64,000 bases of DNA from Escherichia coli (GCF_003334385.1 NZ_QOWN01000002.1), one strand, 5' to 3'. Positions 1 to 13,225 are shown, counted from the stretch's first letter. Numbers and translations: made by a program. Notes: generated from the letters alone by a model not told the origin.

Positions 1-57
1 CTCCTGAACGGCGAGGATGTAACGCTGCCATAACGGATTTAAAGTCGAATCAAACAT
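1..57 (-). CDS. cyuA: L-cysteine desulfidase CyuA (YhaM), first 19 codons only; gene continues beyond window start
   Basis: Reverse strand from ATG at 57-55 reads MFDSTLNPLWQRYILAVQE, the N-terminus I recognise for YhaM/CyuA; sits directly downstream of cyuP as in the cyuPA operon. Confidence 0.6.
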   Translation of the reverse strand, partial: MFDSTLNPLWQRYILAVQE

Positions 58-84
58 ATTAAAAACCTTAAAATTTCAGGTAAA

Positions 85-1416
85 TCAAGAAAATGCCAGG
101 AACGGAGAAACACACAGCAACAAACCAGTGACGATAATCAGGTACAGAGACATCCCTTTGTATTTGTGCAATGCTGGTACTTTGTAAACCAGCCACGCCG
201 GGATCAGGCACCCTACCATGCCGAAAATCGGGCTACAGATAGAGGTGAAGCTCAACACCGGTGCGTTCAGTACGATGGCGCTCCAGGCCAGCAAAATGGC
301 GAAAATCATGATGCCGCGCTGAACGAGATTTTCGTTAATCTTCTCGGCAGGCATCTTGCGACGCAGGATGTTCATTACGATCCCTTGCGTTGCTTCGCGA
401 AAGCCTAAATAGACGCCAAAGAATGCAGTCATGACAGCAAAGATATTGAGAATGACGCTGACCACTTTCACCCACGCTGCGCCGTCACCGCTAATAAACT
501 GTGCGGCAATCGCCAGCGCGGAAATATTCTGCTCATAGGCTTTTACCGCTTCGTCATGTCCCATCGCCAGCGTGAACGACACGGCGTAGAAAAAGACGGT
601 GACAAACAAAATGCCAAACGCGATATTCATTGCCCGCAATGCTTTATGCCGCGCCACTTCAATTGATTTTTCCCGCGAGCGATAAGAGATCACCATCGGA
701 CTTAACGTCTGGATAAACAGAATCGACGTCAGGGTAAACGGCAGCGTAATAATGGCGTTTTTCACCAGCAGCCCCAGCGGCGGTAGCGAACCGACGTTAT
801 ACAGATGCCACATTCCCACCATCGACACGCCCAGCGCCGCGACCACCAGCAACTTGGTCAGCACCATGCCGGTCGAAATTTTGAATAACAATTTCTCGCC
901 GCGTGAGGAGATCGCCACCAGAATGCAAATCAGTACCAGACCATAAAAGGGACTGTCTGACAGCAACCCTTCCGTCACGCCGAAGGTATGCAGGTAGGAA
1001 GCACTATCGTTGGTGATGGCGGTGGAATAGACGAACATCCAAATCACCAGCATTACGAAATAGAGCGCACCTAACAGGATGCCCCAGTTTTTACCTAAAT
1101 AACCGCTAATGACGCTCGGGTAATCTTTACATTCTGGTGATTCTGCCAGCGTATTAATAAACAATCGCTGAAACAGATACATTGCCGGGTAACCAATCAC
1201 CGATGAGAGCAAAAATACCCACAATCCCATCAAACCGACCTGCACCGGGAGAAAAACAATCCCCGCGCCAATCGCCATCCCGATACTCATAATCACCCAG
1301 CCGGTGTCAGTACTGTCGAATTTGATCGCTTCTCGCCACTCGCTCTCACTCATTCCAGCACGACCCGCCGGGGTCGAAGCGTCTGCAATGACGCCTTTAT
1401 TCGATGCAATTTCCAT
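85..1416 (-). CDS. cyuP: Serine/cysteine transporter YhaO (CyuP/DlsT), HAAAP family, 443 aa
   Basis: 443-aa ORF with multiple hydrophobic segments; paralogous in length and sequence to TdcC in this window (both 443 aa); expected position next to tdcG. Confidence 0.9.
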   Translation of the reverse strand: MEIASNKGVIADASTPAGRAGMSESEWREAIKFDSTDTGWVIMSIGMAIGAGIVFLPVQVGLMGLWVFLLSSVIGYPAMYLFQRLFINTLAESPECKDYPSVISGYLGKNWGILLGALYFVMLVIWMFVYSTAITNDSASYLHTFGVTEGLLSDSPFYGLVLICILVAISSRGEKLLFKISTGMVLTKLLVVAALGVSMVGMWHLYNVGSLPPLGLLVKNAIITLPFTLTSILFIQTLSPMVISYRSREKSIEVARHKALRAMNIAFGILFVTVFFYAVSFTLAMGHDEAVKAYEQNISALAIAAQFISGDGAAWVKVVSVILNIFAVMTAFFGVYLGFREATQGIVMNILRRKMPAEKINENLVQRGIMIFAILLAWSAIVLNAPVLSFTSICSPIFGMVGCLIPAWLVYKVPALHKYKGMSLYLIIVTGLLLCVSPFLAFS

Positions 1417-1690
1417 AATTTCTCGCTCAATATTTTGTAGGGCTTATTATTTTTTTCCGAGCCGCATCAAGGCGATATGCGGTCTACGTTTTTGCAGGCG
1501 AGTTATTAGAATAAAGAAATGATACGCGCGAGGTCAGAGAAAATCTTCACAATCAAGACTTTGAAATAACGGAGATGGATAAGAATTTTCTACTAAATTA
1601 ATCGCAGGAGAATATTCATTCTCTATTTGCGGCAGATCACAAAAAAAAGGTGCACATTTGTGCACCCAAGGATGAAAGCTGACAGCAATG

Positions 1691-3055
1691 TCAGCCGCAG
1701 ACCACTTTAATGGCCAGTCCTCCGCGTGATGTTTCGCGGTATTTATCGTTCATATCTTTGCCGGTTTCATACATCGTCTCGATCACTTTATCGAGTGAAA
1801 CACGCGGTGCCGAGGTGCGGCGCATCGCCATCCGCGCGGCGTTTACTGCTTTCACGGCATTAATGGCATTACGTTCAATGCACGGGATTTGTACCTGTCC
1901 GGCAACCGGATCGCAGGTCAGCCCAAGGTTATGCTCCATCGCGATTTCCGCCGCATTGCATACCTGCGCCGGACTGCCGCCCAGTAGTTCAGTTAACCCT
2001 GCCGCCGCCATTGAACAGGCCACGCCAATCTCCCCCTGACAGCCGACTTCCGCGCCAGAGATGGAGGCGTTCATTTTATACAGCGCGCCAATAGCCCCCG
2101 CGGCCAGAAAATAGCGGGCAATTGACCGCTCGTTTACCGGACGACGGAACTTATCGTAATAAGCCAGTACTGCCGGAATAATGCCGCACGCACCGTTAGT
2201 CGGTGCCGTTACCACGCGCCCGCCAGCTGCGTTTTCTTCACTAACCGCCAGCGCGTACATGTTGATCCAGTCGATGACATTCATCGGATCGTTAGAGATG
2301 TTATCGCTGGAAACCAGCTGACGACGCAGCGCTACGGCACGGCGCGGCACATTGAGCGGACCAGGCAGCACGCCTTCAGTGTTCATCCCACGTTCAATAC
2401 CGTCATGCATCACTTGCCAGATACGGGCAAAACCGGCGTCAATTTCCGCTTTGCTGCGCAGCGCTAGCTCGTTGTGCATCATCAGACCAGATATAGACAG
2501 GCCGTTGTAATCACACATTTTCAGCAGTTCACCTGCTGAGTGGAAATCGTAAGGTACGGACGTTTCGACATCGTGCGACAGGCCGAAGTGTTCTTCTTCG
2601 ACAATAAACCCGCCGCCGACAGAGTAATAGGTTTTACTTAATAGCTCTTCCTGTCCCTTCCAGGCAGTGATCCGCATTCCGTTCTCATGGCGAGGCAACA
2701 TTTCGGGATGGAAGATAATGTTCTTTGCTACAGGAAAATCAACAATATGCGCACCAGATGCCACTGGCAGCCGCCCGCTGCGCGTTACTAACTCTATAAA
2801 TGCAGGGATCTCATCAATGACAACATCCTGCGGACTGTTTCCTGCCAGTCCCATGATGATGGCGACATCCGTGGCATGGCCTTTGCCCGTCAGTGACAAC
2901 GACCCGTACAGATCGACCACAATATGGCTCGTCGCGGTTAATAAGCCGCTACTTTCCAGCCGATCAATAAAACTTTTTCCGGCATTCATTGGCCCCACGG
3001 TATGCGAACTGGAGGGACCAATCCCAATTTTGAAAATATCGAATGCACTAATCAT
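1691..3055 (-). CDS. tdcG: L-serine dehydratase TdcG (iron-sulfur dependent)
   Basis: Translation [23 protein letters not shown]... is the L-serine dehydratase N-terminal signature; start trimmed 2 codons from the track ORF to give 454 aa. Confidence 0.9.
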   Translation of the reverse strand: MISAFDIFKIGIGPSSSHTVGPMNAGKSFIDRLESSGLLTATSHIVVDLYGSLSLTGKGHATDVAIIMGLAGNSPQDVVIDEIPAFIELVTRSGRLPVASGAHIVDFPVAKNIIFHPEMLPRHENGMRITAWKGQEELLSKTYYSVGGGFIVEEEHFGLSHDVETSVPYDFHSAGELLKMCDYNGLSISGLMMHNELALRSKAEIDAGFARIWQVMHDGIERGMNTEGVLPGPLNVPRRAVALRRQLVSSDNISNDPMNVIDWINMYALAVSEENAAGGRVVTAPTNGACGIIPAVLAYYDKFRRPVNERSIARYFLAAGAIGALYKMNASISGAEVGCQGEIGVACSMAAAGLTELLGGSPAQVCNAAEIAMEHNLGLTCDPVAGQVQIPCIERNAINAVKAVNAARMAMRRTSAPRVSLDKVIETMYETGKDMNDKYRETSRGGLAIKVVCG

Positions 3056-3126
3056 ATCCACACCCTCGGATTGCCGTTCAGTGAAGTGGAGCGGAACGAC
3101 CTTACGACCGTCCCGCTCACGAGGCT

Positions 3127-3516
3127 TTACGCACTACGTACTGCGATGGCTTCAATTTCCAGCTTCACATCTTTCGGCAAACGCGCGACCTGCACACAGC
3201 TCCGGGTCGGATAGGTCGCCTGATGCTCATCGAAGAACTGCTTATAGACTTCGTTGATGGTGGCAAAATCATTCAGATCGGTGATAAACACGGTCATCTT
3301 GATGATATCGCCCACGCTCAGCCCGGCAGCAACCACGATCGCTTTGACGTTTTCGAGGCTTAAACGCGCCTGATCTTGCACATCAGCCGGGATCTCACCG
3401 GTCTGTGGGCAAACCGGTATTTGCCCGGAGGTGAAGACCATGCTGCCTAAATCAACGCCCTGAACATAAGGGCCGATTGCGCCTGGGGCACGTTGCGTTT
3501 CGATAATCTTTTTCAT
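3127..3516 (-). CDS. tdcF: Enamine/imine deaminase TdcF (RidA/YjgF family), 129 aa
   Basis: Internal start MKKIIETQRAPGAIGPYVQG... within the 150-aa track ORF; RidA-family N-terminus; tdc operon position. Confidence 0.9.
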   Translation of the reverse strand: MKKIIETQRAPGAIGPYVQGVDLGSMVFTSGQIPVCPQTGEIPADVQDQARLSLENVKAIVVAAGLSVGDIIKMTVFITDLNDFATINEVYKQFFDEHQATYPTRSCVQVARLPKDVKLEIEAIAVRSA

Positions 3517-3529
3517 ACATCCTCCGGCG

Positions 3530-5824
3530 TCAGAGCGCCTGGGTAAAGGTACGTGAAATAACATCCTGTTGCTGTTCACGGGTCAGTGCGTTGAAGCGCA
3601 CGGCGTAGCCAGAGACACGGATTGTCAGGTTAGGATATTTTTCCGGGTGCTCGATGGCATCCAGCAGCATTTCCCGATTCATTACGTTGACGTTGAGGTG
3701 TTGACCGCCTTCGACATCCGCTTCGTGGTGGAAATACCCATCCAGCAGGCCGACAAGGTTGGTTTTACGTACTGGATCTTCTTTGCCCAGCGCCGCAGGA
3801 ACGATTGAGAAGGTGTACGAGATCCCATCTTTGGCGTAGGTGAACGGCAGTTTCGCCACCGACGTCAATGAGGCCACGGCACCTTTGCGGTCACGACCAT
3901 GCATCGGGTTAGCGCCCGGCGCGAACGGTGTTCCGGCGCGACGACCGTCCGGCGTATTACCGGTTTTCTGGCCGTACACCACGTTAGAAGTGATAGTCAG
4001 AATCGACTGGGTAGGGACGGCGTTGCGATAGGTTGGCAGCGCTTTAATTTTCTTCATAAAGCGTTCAACCAGGTCGCAGGCAATGCTGTCTACGCGCTCG
4101 TCGTTGTTGCCGTACTGCGGATATTCACCGTCGATTTCAAAGTCCACCACCAGGCCGTTTTCGTCACGGATTGGTTTCACGCGGGCATATTTGATGGCAG
4201 ACAGGGAGTCCGTCGCCACCGACAGGCCCGCGATGCCGCATGCCATAGTGCGATAGACATCACGATCGTGCAGCGCCATCAGCGAAGCTTCGTAGCTGTA
4301 CTTGTCGTGCATGTAGTGAATGATATTCAGCGCGCTGATGTACTGCACCGCCAGCCAGTCCATGAAGTGATCGAGGCTGTCCATCACTTTGTCGTAATCC
4401 AGCACGTCGTCCATCAGCGGTGCTGTTTTCGGCCCGACCTGAATCTTCAGCTTCTCGTCCACCCCGCCGTTAATTGCGTAGAGCAGCGTTTTCGCCAGGT
4501 TAGCGCGTGCACCAAAGAACTGCATTTGCTTACCAATCACCATTGGGCTGACGCAGCAGGCAATCGCGTAATCGTCGCTGTTGAAGTCAGTACGCATCAG
4601 ATCGTCATTTTCATACTGCAAGGAAGAGGTGACGATCGACACCTGCGCGGCATATTTTTTGAAGGCAATCGGTAATTCTTCCGACCAAAGAATGGTCAGG
4701 TTAGGTTCCGGTGCCGGCCCCATAGTGTGCAGGGTGTGCAAATAGCGGAAGGAGTTTTTGGTCACCAGCGTACGACCGTCCAGCCCCATCCCGCCGATCA
4801 CTTCCGTCGCCCAGATTGGGTCGCCGGAGAACAGCGAATCAAATTCCGGTGTACGCAGGAAGCGTACCATACGGATCTTCATGATGAAGTGATCGATCAG
4901 TTCCTGTGCCTGCTGCTCATTGAGTACGCCAGCTTTAAAGTCGCGCTCAATGTAGATATCGAGGAACGATGCCGTGCGGCCCAGCGACATCGCGCCGCCA
5001 TTTTGCGATTTCACTGCCGCCAGATAAGCGAAGTAGAGCCACTGCACCGCTTCCTGCGCATTCTGCGCCGGGCGAGAGATATCAAAGCCATATTTCGCCG
5101 CCATTTCCTGAATCTGCAACAGCGCATGACGATGCTCTGCCAGCTCCTCACGCAGACGGATGGTGGCTTCCAGATCCTCGCCTTTTTCCAGACGAGACTG
5201 GAGATCGGCAAATTGCAGTTCGCGTTCACGTACCAGATAACTGATGCCATACAGCGCTACGCGGCGATAGTCACCGATAATGCGCCCACGGCCATAGCCA
5301 TCTGGTAAACCGGTCAGCACGCCAGATTTACGGCAGCGCAGCATATCCGGTGAGTAAACATCAAATACGCCCTGGTTATGGGTTTTACGCAGATCGGTAA
5401 ACAGATATTCAAATTCACTGTCCATTTCTCGGCCATAGGCGTGGAATGAACTTTTAATCATATTAATGCCACCGAACGGGTGTAGCGCACGTTTCAACGG
5501 CGCATCCGTTTGCAGGCCAACAATTTTTTCCAGCGGCTGGTTAATATATCCCGCATCATGAGCGGTAATTGTGGTGGCAATATTGGTATCGAAATCAACC
5601 GGCGCGTGGGTTGCATTTTCGATACGGATGCCTTCCATTACTTTTTCCCACAATTCCGTGGTGGCAGGCGTCGCTTCGGCGAGGAAAGATTCATCGCCTT
5701 CATACGGTGTATAGTTATGTTGAATAAAATCGCGGACATTAATTTCGTTTTTCCAGTCCGTACCTTTAAAGCCAAGCCATGCGTCGGCGTACAGCTTATC
5801 GCTGGTATCAATATCTACCTTCAT
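3530..5824 (-). CDS. tdcE: 2-ketobutyrate/pyruvate formate-lyase TdcE (glycyl radical enzyme), 764 aa
   Basis: 764-aa ORF ending ...[29 protein letters not shown], the glycyl-radical C-terminal motif of PFL-type enzymes; tdc operon context. Confidence 0.95.
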   Translation of the reverse strand: MKVDIDTSDKLYADAWLGFKGTDWKNEINVRDFIQHNYTPYEGDESFLAEATPATTELWEKVMEGIRIENATHAPVDFDTNIATTITAHDAGYINQPLEKIVGLQTDAPLKRALHPFGGINMIKSSFHAYGREMDSEFEYLFTDLRKTHNQGVFDVYSPDMLRCRKSGVLTGLPDGYGRGRIIGDYRRVALYGISYLVRERELQFADLQSRLEKGEDLEATIRLREELAEHRHALLQIQEMAAKYGFDISRPAQNAQEAVQWLYFAYLAAVKSQNGGAMSLGRTASFLDIYIERDFKAGVLNEQQAQELIDHFIMKIRMVRFLRTPEFDSLFSGDPIWATEVIGGMGLDGRTLVTKNSFRYLHTLHTMGPAPEPNLTILWSEELPIAFKKYAAQVSIVTSSLQYENDDLMRTDFNSDDYAIACCVSPMVIGKQMQFFGARANLAKTLLYAINGGVDEKLKIQVGPKTAPLMDDVLDYDKVMDSLDHFMDWLAVQYISALNIIHYMHDKYSYEASLMALHDRDVYRTMACGIAGLSVATDSLSAIKYARVKPIRDENGLVVDFEIDGEYPQYGNNDERVDSIACDLVERFMKKIKALPTYRNAVPTQSILTITSNVVYGQKTGNTPDGRRAGTPFAPGANPMHGRDRKGAVASLTSVAKLPFTYAKDGISYTFSIVPAALGKEDPVRKTNLVGLLDGYFHHEADVEGGQHLNVNVMNREMLLDAIEHPEKYPNLTIRVSGYAVRFNALTREQQQDVISRTFTQAL

Positions 5825-5857
5825 GAAAAATAATCTCTCTACAATACTTCAACTAAA

Positions 5858-7066
5858 TTATGCAAATTCTGCGGGCGCGTTAACTTTGCCTAAATGAATG
5901 GCATCCAAAGCAATCATTTTTTCTTCGTTAGTCGGAATAACGGCACAAATGACACGCGCATTTTCACTGGAAACAATTCGCTCACCACAGGAGTTAGAGC
6001 GATTATTCATTTCTGTATCAATCTCTAAGCCTAATACAGCCAAATGTTCCATGACCAGACGACGAATTAAGCTTGAATTCTCTCCTATTCCGCCGGTGAA
6101 TATAATTCCATCCAGGCGACGTAATGAAGCTGCGTGTCCGGCAATATGACGGGCAATTCGGTGAACAAAGGTTTTAATTGCCAGTTGCGCGCGTTCGTGA
6201 CCTTCATGCCAGGCTTTTTCCAGAACACGTAAATCCGAAGAAAGACCGGAAATACCTAATAATCCCGACTCTTTATTCACTACGCGTTCCAGGTCACCCA
6301 GGCTCTGGTTGGTTTGGCTGGCGACCCAGGACATCGCACCAAAGTCGACATCGCCACTGCGGGTACCCATCATCAAGCCTTCCAGCGGCGTCATTCCCAT
6401 TGAGGTATCAACACTCTGACCGTTGCGAACCGCGCAGATTGACGCGCCATTGCCAAGATGCGCCACAACCAGGCCGGAGTCATCTTCCGCCAGATTCAGC
6501 AGCGAATGTGCGCGCTGGGAAACATAGCGGTGCGACGTGCCGTGGAAACCATAACGGCGTACACCTAACTCTTCATAATATTTCCACGGCAGGCCGTATA
6601 AATAAGCTTCCGGAGCCATCGTCTGGTGGAAACTGGTATCAAATACCGCCACCTGAGTTACGCCCGGAAATAATTGCTGCGCCGATTCAATACCACTTAA
6701 ATTGGCGTAATTATGCAGGGGTGCCAGTGGAGAAACGCGACGGATATTATCAATGACTTCATCGGTAATAATGGCGGACTCGGTAAAAATACTGCCGCCG
6801 TGAGCGATGCGGTGGCCAATTAAGGCCACACTGTCATTTAAATTCCGTTTTTCCAGTTCAAATGCAATTGCCTTCAATGCACCTTCGTAGCTGTGGTGAG
6901 CCAGCGGTGCTGGCTCTCCCCCATTTACGGATAAGAATGCATTTTCCGAGTTAATACCGTCGGCAATACCTGACATTAATACTTCACAGTCGCTGGCATC
7001 GAGCACGGAAAACTTAATCGAAGACGAACCACAGTTAATAACCAAAACAACCGGAAATTCATTCAT
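5858..7066 (-). CDS. tdcD: Propionate/acetate kinase TdcD, 402 aa
   Basis: [23 protein letters not shown]... acetate-kinase family N-terminus; start trimmed 4 codons from the track ORF. Confidence 0.9.
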
Positions 7067-7091
7067 CTCTTTTCTCATCCTGAGTTACGGA

Positions 7092-8426
<1,335 letters not shown>

Positions 8427-8444
8427 CTATCCTCAACGAATTAA

Positions 8445-9434
8445 TTAAGCGTCAACGAAACCGGTGATTTGAGAGACGCGAGAAAGATCGATATTGCCGC
8501 CGGAAATAATACTGACGGTTTTTCTGTTTTGAATATATTGGTCTAATTTACCGCTTAATAATGCAGCACATGCCAGAGCGCCTGCGCCTTCGGTGACGAC
8601 TTTATTGCGCTGAATTAAGGCAATCATACTGTTTCTGATTTCGTCTTCGCTGACCAGCACGATGTCATCGACTAATTCACGAACGATTTCGTAAGTTAAA
8701 TTACCCGGGCGGGAGACATCACAACCATCCGCCAGGGTGCCGGTAGTTCGGTGCGTGGTTATTTCTCCGGAGTGGAAAGAAGCCGCCATGCCGTGAACGT
8801 TTTCAGACTGTACGCCAATAACACGAATGGTCGGGTTAATAGATTTAATTGCCACCGCAATACCAGCAATTAAACCGCCACCACCAATTGGCACAATCAC
8901 GTTATCGACATCATAGAGATCTTCCATAATTTCCAGACCAATCGTTCCCTGGCCAGCAATCACTTTCGGATCATCGTAAGGTGGGATAAAAATACGGCCT
9001 TCCATTTCGACAATTTCGCTCACTTTAGCGATAGTGTCGTTGAAGTTATCACCATGCAGAACGACTTCTGCGGAGTAGTCGCACGTTGCCGCTACTTTGG
9101 ATTTTGGCGCACCTTTTGGCATCACCACTTTACCGTCGATACCCAGCATCGCGCAGGAGAGGGAAACCCCTTGCGCATGGTTGCCCGCAGAACAGGCCAC
9201 CACGCCTTTGCGTTTTTCCGCATCGGTCAGTGAACTTAATTTATTAAATGCGCCACGAATTTTAAATGAACCCGTACGCTGCATATTTTCAAACTTCAGG
9301 AATATTTCACCTTTGCAACGTTCACTAAAATAGTTGGAGCGAGGCATGCCTGTTTTATAAATTCGCCCAGCCAGTCGTTGTTTCGCTTCAATAATGTCAT
9401 CAATAGCAACCGGCAGATCGTATGTAATATGCAT
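8445..9434 (-). CDS. tdcB: Catabolic threonine dehydratase TdcB (PLP-dependent), 329 aa
   Basis: 329-aa ORF containing the PLP-lysine motif region ...[11 protein letters not shown]...; tdc operon position. Confidence 0.95.
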
Positions 9435-9532
9435 TATAAAACCTCTTCGCCTGAATTAAATATGTAGGTAACCGTAACCGACACCTGCAAGACAGACAGG
9501 TGGATTATTTATGTTTAAATAAAAACAAATAA

Positions 9533-10471
9533 CTAACCAACTTCTATTAATTGCCTTCGTCTACACCCATTATAAGATGAATACTCTTTGGCTAATTCCA
9601 CCAAAACCGATGCTGCTTTTTTAATACGATAATTTTTCGACCATACCGCGGCATATTGTGCCACAGGTAATGTTTCTTCAACCGGAATAGTAATAAATTG
9701 ATTAGAACCAAAAGGTGACGTCATATCACAAGGAATTACAGTTAAGAAATCAGCATTGAGAACAAGATTATAAATTGTCACGACTGAGTCGGTTTTAACG
9801 ATGTTTTCAATACTGATGCCATTTCTTTGTAACGTAGTAAGCAGTTCGCTGTAGTACCCCATATTAGTTTGTGGCAACACCCACTGTTCGTTCTTCAACG
9901 ACTCCAGCGTGGTGGTGCCGGTGCATGTTCGGGACTTACTGGCTACCAGCACAAACTCGGACTCGAACAGCGGCTCAACATGTAAATCCTGAAGCTTCAT
10001 TTCTGCACTTAACGTACCAATCGCAAAATCCAGTCGACCGTCGCGGATTGCCGGTAAGAACGAAGACAGTTGCGCTTCATACATAGAAACCTGCGCTTTC
10101 GGGAACACCTCTTTGAACTTGTTGATCATCCCTGACATAAAAGTAAAACCAATCAATGAAGGAAAACCAAATGAGACTTCCACCACCGCCTCAGAAGACA
10201 TACCGCTTATCTCATTAACCATATTTTTCATTTCACGGGTAATGGATTCGGAACGGGAGAGTAACAATTGACCGGCAGGTGTTAATGTTACACCGGTATT
10301 TTTCCGCACCACTAATTCCACACCAAAATAATCTTCAATATCGTTAATGATTTTACTGACGGCCGGTTGAGTTAACCCTAATTCTTTTGCAGCCGAGCCG
10401 ATAGAACCACTTCTAATGACTTCCTGAAAGACTACCAGGTGCTGCGTTTTCGGAAGAAGAATAGTGCTCAT
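9533..10471 (-). CDS. tdcA: LysR-type transcriptional activator TdcA, 312 aa
   Basis: N-terminal HTH (…GSIGSAAKELGLTQPAVSKII…) typical of LysR regulators; first gene of the tdc operon. Confidence 0.95.
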   Translation of the reverse strand: MSTILLPKTQHLVVFQEVIRSGSIGSAAKELGLTQPAVSKIINDIEDYFGVELVVRKNTGVTLTPAGQLLLSRSESITREMKNMVNEISGMSSEAVVEVSFGFPSLIGFTFMSGMINKFKEVFPKAQVSMYEAQLSSFLPAIRDGRLDFAIGTLSAEMKLQDLHVEPLFESEFVLVASKSRTCTGTTTLESLKNEQWVLPQTNMGYYSELLTTLQRNGISIENIVKTDSVVTIYNLVLNADFLTVIPCDMTSPFGSNQFITIPVEETLPVAQYAAVWSKNYRIKKAASVLVELAKEYSSYNGCRRRQLIEVG

Positions 10472-10647
10472 AACGACCTACGTTAATTACCTCATTGACG
10501 GCATGAAGTGTATCAAAATGAAATGAACAGGATATGTGCGACCACTCACAAATTAACTTTCAATACTTTCCAGAGTATCGTTGTTACAATTAAATACCTT
10601 TAAATATCAACAAGTTAAAGTATAAAAATCAGCATAAACCCTGATTT
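10472..10647. promoter_or_regulatory. Divergent tdcA / tdcR control region (tdc promoter; CRP, IHF and FNR dependent by established knowledge)
   Basis: 176-bp AT-rich gap between divergent tdcA and tdcR; individual binding sites not resolved by eye. Confidence 0.45.
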
Positions 10648-10659
10648 TTGTCAAAAAAA

Positions 10660-11004
10660 ATGACGGGGATAACCATATTTTATGGCGATAACATCATTCG
10701 TTATGTGGTTAATACAAAAAAGGGGCTGAGACCATATTTCAAGCAATTACCGGATAATTACCAAGCAAAATTTGAGTTAAATTTAATGAGCAAGTTCTCA
10801 AATTTTATTATAAATAAACCATTTTCAGTGATAAATAATGCGGCATGTCACATTTTTTCACGCTATTTGTTGGAGAACAAACATTTATTTTATCAATATT
10901 TTAAAATTTCGAATACATTTATTGATCATCTCGAACAATTGATTAACGTCAACTTTTTCTCTTCTGACAGGACGTCATTTTGTGAATGCAATCGTTTTCC
11001 ATAA
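10660..11004 (+). CDS. tdcR: Threonine dehydratase operon activator TdcR (small, AT-rich gene)
   Basis: ORF divergent from tdcA reading MTGITIFYGDNIIRYVVNTKKG...; very low GC; start choice (10648 vs 10660) uncertain. Confidence 0.6.
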   Translation: MTGITIFYGDNIIRYVVNTKKGLRPYFKQLPDNYQAKFELNLMSKFSNFIINKPFSVINNAACHIFSRYLLENKHLFYQYFKISNTFIDHLEQLINVNFFSSDRTSFCECNRFP

Positions 11005-11259
11005 ATTCTTCTCCCCTCATAGGCGACGAATAGCATTTTGTGTTGAGGATCACAAAACGAATAATTGCTGATCGCCGCGATAAGGTCAGACAAAGACAAC
11101 AAGGGAAATTTTCACAGAGCTTTTGATCGGCGTAGGCCACAGAATGTTGCTTCGTTTACTGTAACGCCGGGTAAATGAGCGTTTTTTGATAGTGCGAAAG
11201 AACCCTGCGAGGAAAATAAGCATCTATTATTGTTTGTCATGATGACAAGGCAGGCATCA

Positions 11260-11799
11260 ATGAAAGGCTTCCCAATTGCGCATATTTTTCACCCTTCAAT
11301 CCCGCCAATGCACGCAGTGGTTAACAATCACAATAGAAATATTGATTATTGGACGGTAAAAAGAAAGTTTGCAGAAATTGTCTCCACCAATGACGTTAAT
11401 AAAATTTACAGTATAAGTAATGAACTGCGGAGAGTATTATCTGCAATAACTGCATTGAATTTCTATCATGGCGATGTTCCTTCTGTCATGATCCGAATCC
11501 AACCGGAAAATATGAGTCCATTCATTATAGATATTTCTACAGGAGAACATGATGATTATATCATACAAACATTAGATGTAGGCACTTTTGCACCTTTTGG
11601 TGAACAATGTACTTGCTCAGCCGTCAATAAAAAAGAGCTGGAATGTATTAAGGAGACGATTTCTAAGTATTGTGCAAAATTCACCCGAAAAGAAGCCATC
11701 TTAACCCCCCTTGTGCACTTTAATAAAACCAGCATTACTTCAGATTGTTGGCAAATTCTCTTTTTTTCACCCGATCATTTTAATAATGATTTTTATTGA
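11260..11799 (+). CDS. yhaB: Uncharacterised protein YhaB
   Basis: AT-rich ORF downstream of tdcR; start placed at MKGFPIAHIF... (track ORF begins 10 codons earlier); no recognisable domain. Confidence 0.7.
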   Translation: MKGFPIAHIFHPSIPPMHAVVNNHNRNIDYWTVKRKFAEIVSTNDVNKIYSISNELRRVLSAITALNFYHGDVPSVMIRIQPENMSPFIIDISTGEHDDYIIQTLDVGTFAPFGEQCTCSAVNKKELECIKETISKYCAKFTRKEAILTPLVHFNKTSITSDCWQILFFSPDHFNNDFY

Positions 11800-11820
11800 T
11801 TATTTATAAAGGATAAAATA

Positions 11821-13008
11821 ATGTTCCCTGTTTCATCAATTGGTAATGATATTAGTAGTGATTTAGTCCGTCGAAAAATGAATGACCTTCCTGAAAGCCC
11901 AACAGGAAATAACCTCGAAGCACTAGCACCAGGTATAGAAAAACTAAAACAGACCTCTATTGAAATGGTCACTTTACTTAACACGTTACAACCTGGTGGA
12001 AAATGCATTATCACTGGTGATTTTCAAAAAGAATTAGCGTACTTACAAAATGTAATTCTTTATAATGCCTCGTCTCTTCGTCTGGATTTTTTAGGTTATA
12101 ACGCCCAAATTATTCAACGATCGGACAATACTTGTGAACTTACCATTAATGAACCGTTAAAAAACCAGGAAATATCCACAGGTAATATCAATATTAATTG
12201 CCCATTAAAAGATATTTACAATGAAATCAGGAGGTTAAACGTAATTTTTAGTTGTGGGACTGGAGATATCGTTGATCTATCCTCTCTGGACTTACGTAAT
12301 GTCGATTTAGATTATTATGATTTCACAGATAAACATATGGCTAATACTATTTTAAATCCTTTTAAATTGAATTCAACAAATTTTACTAATGCCAACATGT
12401 TTCAGGTTAATTTTGTTAGTTCAACACAAAACGCCACAATCTCCTGGGATTATTTACTAAAAATAACGCCTGTTTTAATAAGCATTAGCGATATGTATTC
12501 TGAAGAAAAAATCAAGTTTGTCGAAAGTTGTTTAAATGAGCCTGGAGACATTACCGAAGAACAATTAAAAATTATGAGATTTGCAATTATAAAATCTATA
12601 CCAAGGGCAACTCTTACAGATAAATTAGAAAATGAATTAACAAAAGAAATATATAAAAGCTCATCGAAAATCATCAATTGCTTGAACAGAATTAAATTAC
12701 CAGAGATGAAAGAATTCTCATCAGAAAAAATATATGATTACATCGATATAATCATTGAAGATTATGAAAATATCAAAGAAAATGCTTATCTGGTCGTCCC
12801 CCAAATTAATTATACTATGGATTTAAACATAGAAGACTCTAGCTCAGAAGAGTTACTTTCAGATAATACCCTCGAGAAAGACGAAAATTCTCCGGACAAT
12901 GGCTTTGAGGTCGGGGAATATAACACATATGAAGCATATAACTCAGAGAAGCAATATTTTACCAGAGAGGACTATACGTATGATTACGACCTTTTAAATG
13001 CAATATAG
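11821..13008 (+). CDS. yhaC: Uncharacterised pentapeptide-repeat protein YhaC, 395 aa
   Basis: 395-aa AT-rich ORF; middle region shows 5-residue periodicity (SLDLR NVDLD YYDFT ... NTILN PFKLN STNFT NANMF QVNFV); acidic Tyr/Glu/Asp-rich C-terminus. Confidence 0.8.
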   Translation: MFPVSSIGNDISSDLVRRKMNDLPESPTGNNLEALAPGIEKLKQTSIEMVTLLNTLQPGGKCIITGDFQKELAYLQNVILYNASSLRLDFLGYNAQIIQRSDNTCELTINEPLKNQEISTGNININCPLKDIYNEIRRLNVIFSCGTGDIVDLSSLDLRNVDLDYYDFTDKHMANTILNPFKLNSTNFTNANMFQVNFVSSTQNATISWDYLLKITPVLISISDMYSEEKIKFVESCLNEPGDITEEQLKIMRFAIIKSIPRATLTDKLENELTKEIYKSSSKIINCLNRIKLPEMKEFSSEKIYDYIDIIIEDYENIKENAYLVVPQINYTMDLNIEDSSSEELLSDNTLEKDENSPDNGFEVGEYNTYEAYNSEKQYFTREDYTYDYDLLNAI

Positions 13009-13127
13009 ACTTAATAACTTCTTACAAAGTCTATTATTAATACCGTAGATATTTATTCATCTTACCCTGTGCACCAAAAGCAAAAACTCACTGACGCGGG
13101 TTTGAAACTGATGGCAACCGCAAAAAT

Positions 13128-13225
13128 GCCTGATGCGCTACGCTTATCAGGCCTACGCCATCTCTGCAATATATTGAATTTGCGTGCTTTTGTAGGCAGG
13201 ATAAGGCGTTCACGCCGCATCCGGC
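13128..13225. repeat. REP/BIME palindromic elements (two inverted REP units)
   Basis: gcctgatgcgctacgcttatcaggcctac and taggcaggataaggcgttcacgccgcatccggca, the canonical E. coli REP consensus in opposite orientations. Confidence 0.6.

Noticed and set aside
3899-5308. 258-aa and 193-aa plus-strand ORFs inside tdcE
   Set aside because: Antisense to the glycyl-radical enzyme gene; His/Val/Arg-rich nonsense translation
10949-11140. 63-aa minus-strand ORF between tdcR and yhaB
   Set aside because: Overlaps the tdcR 3' end, no ribosome-binding site evident, no recognisable motif; kept only as a possible small protein at very low prior
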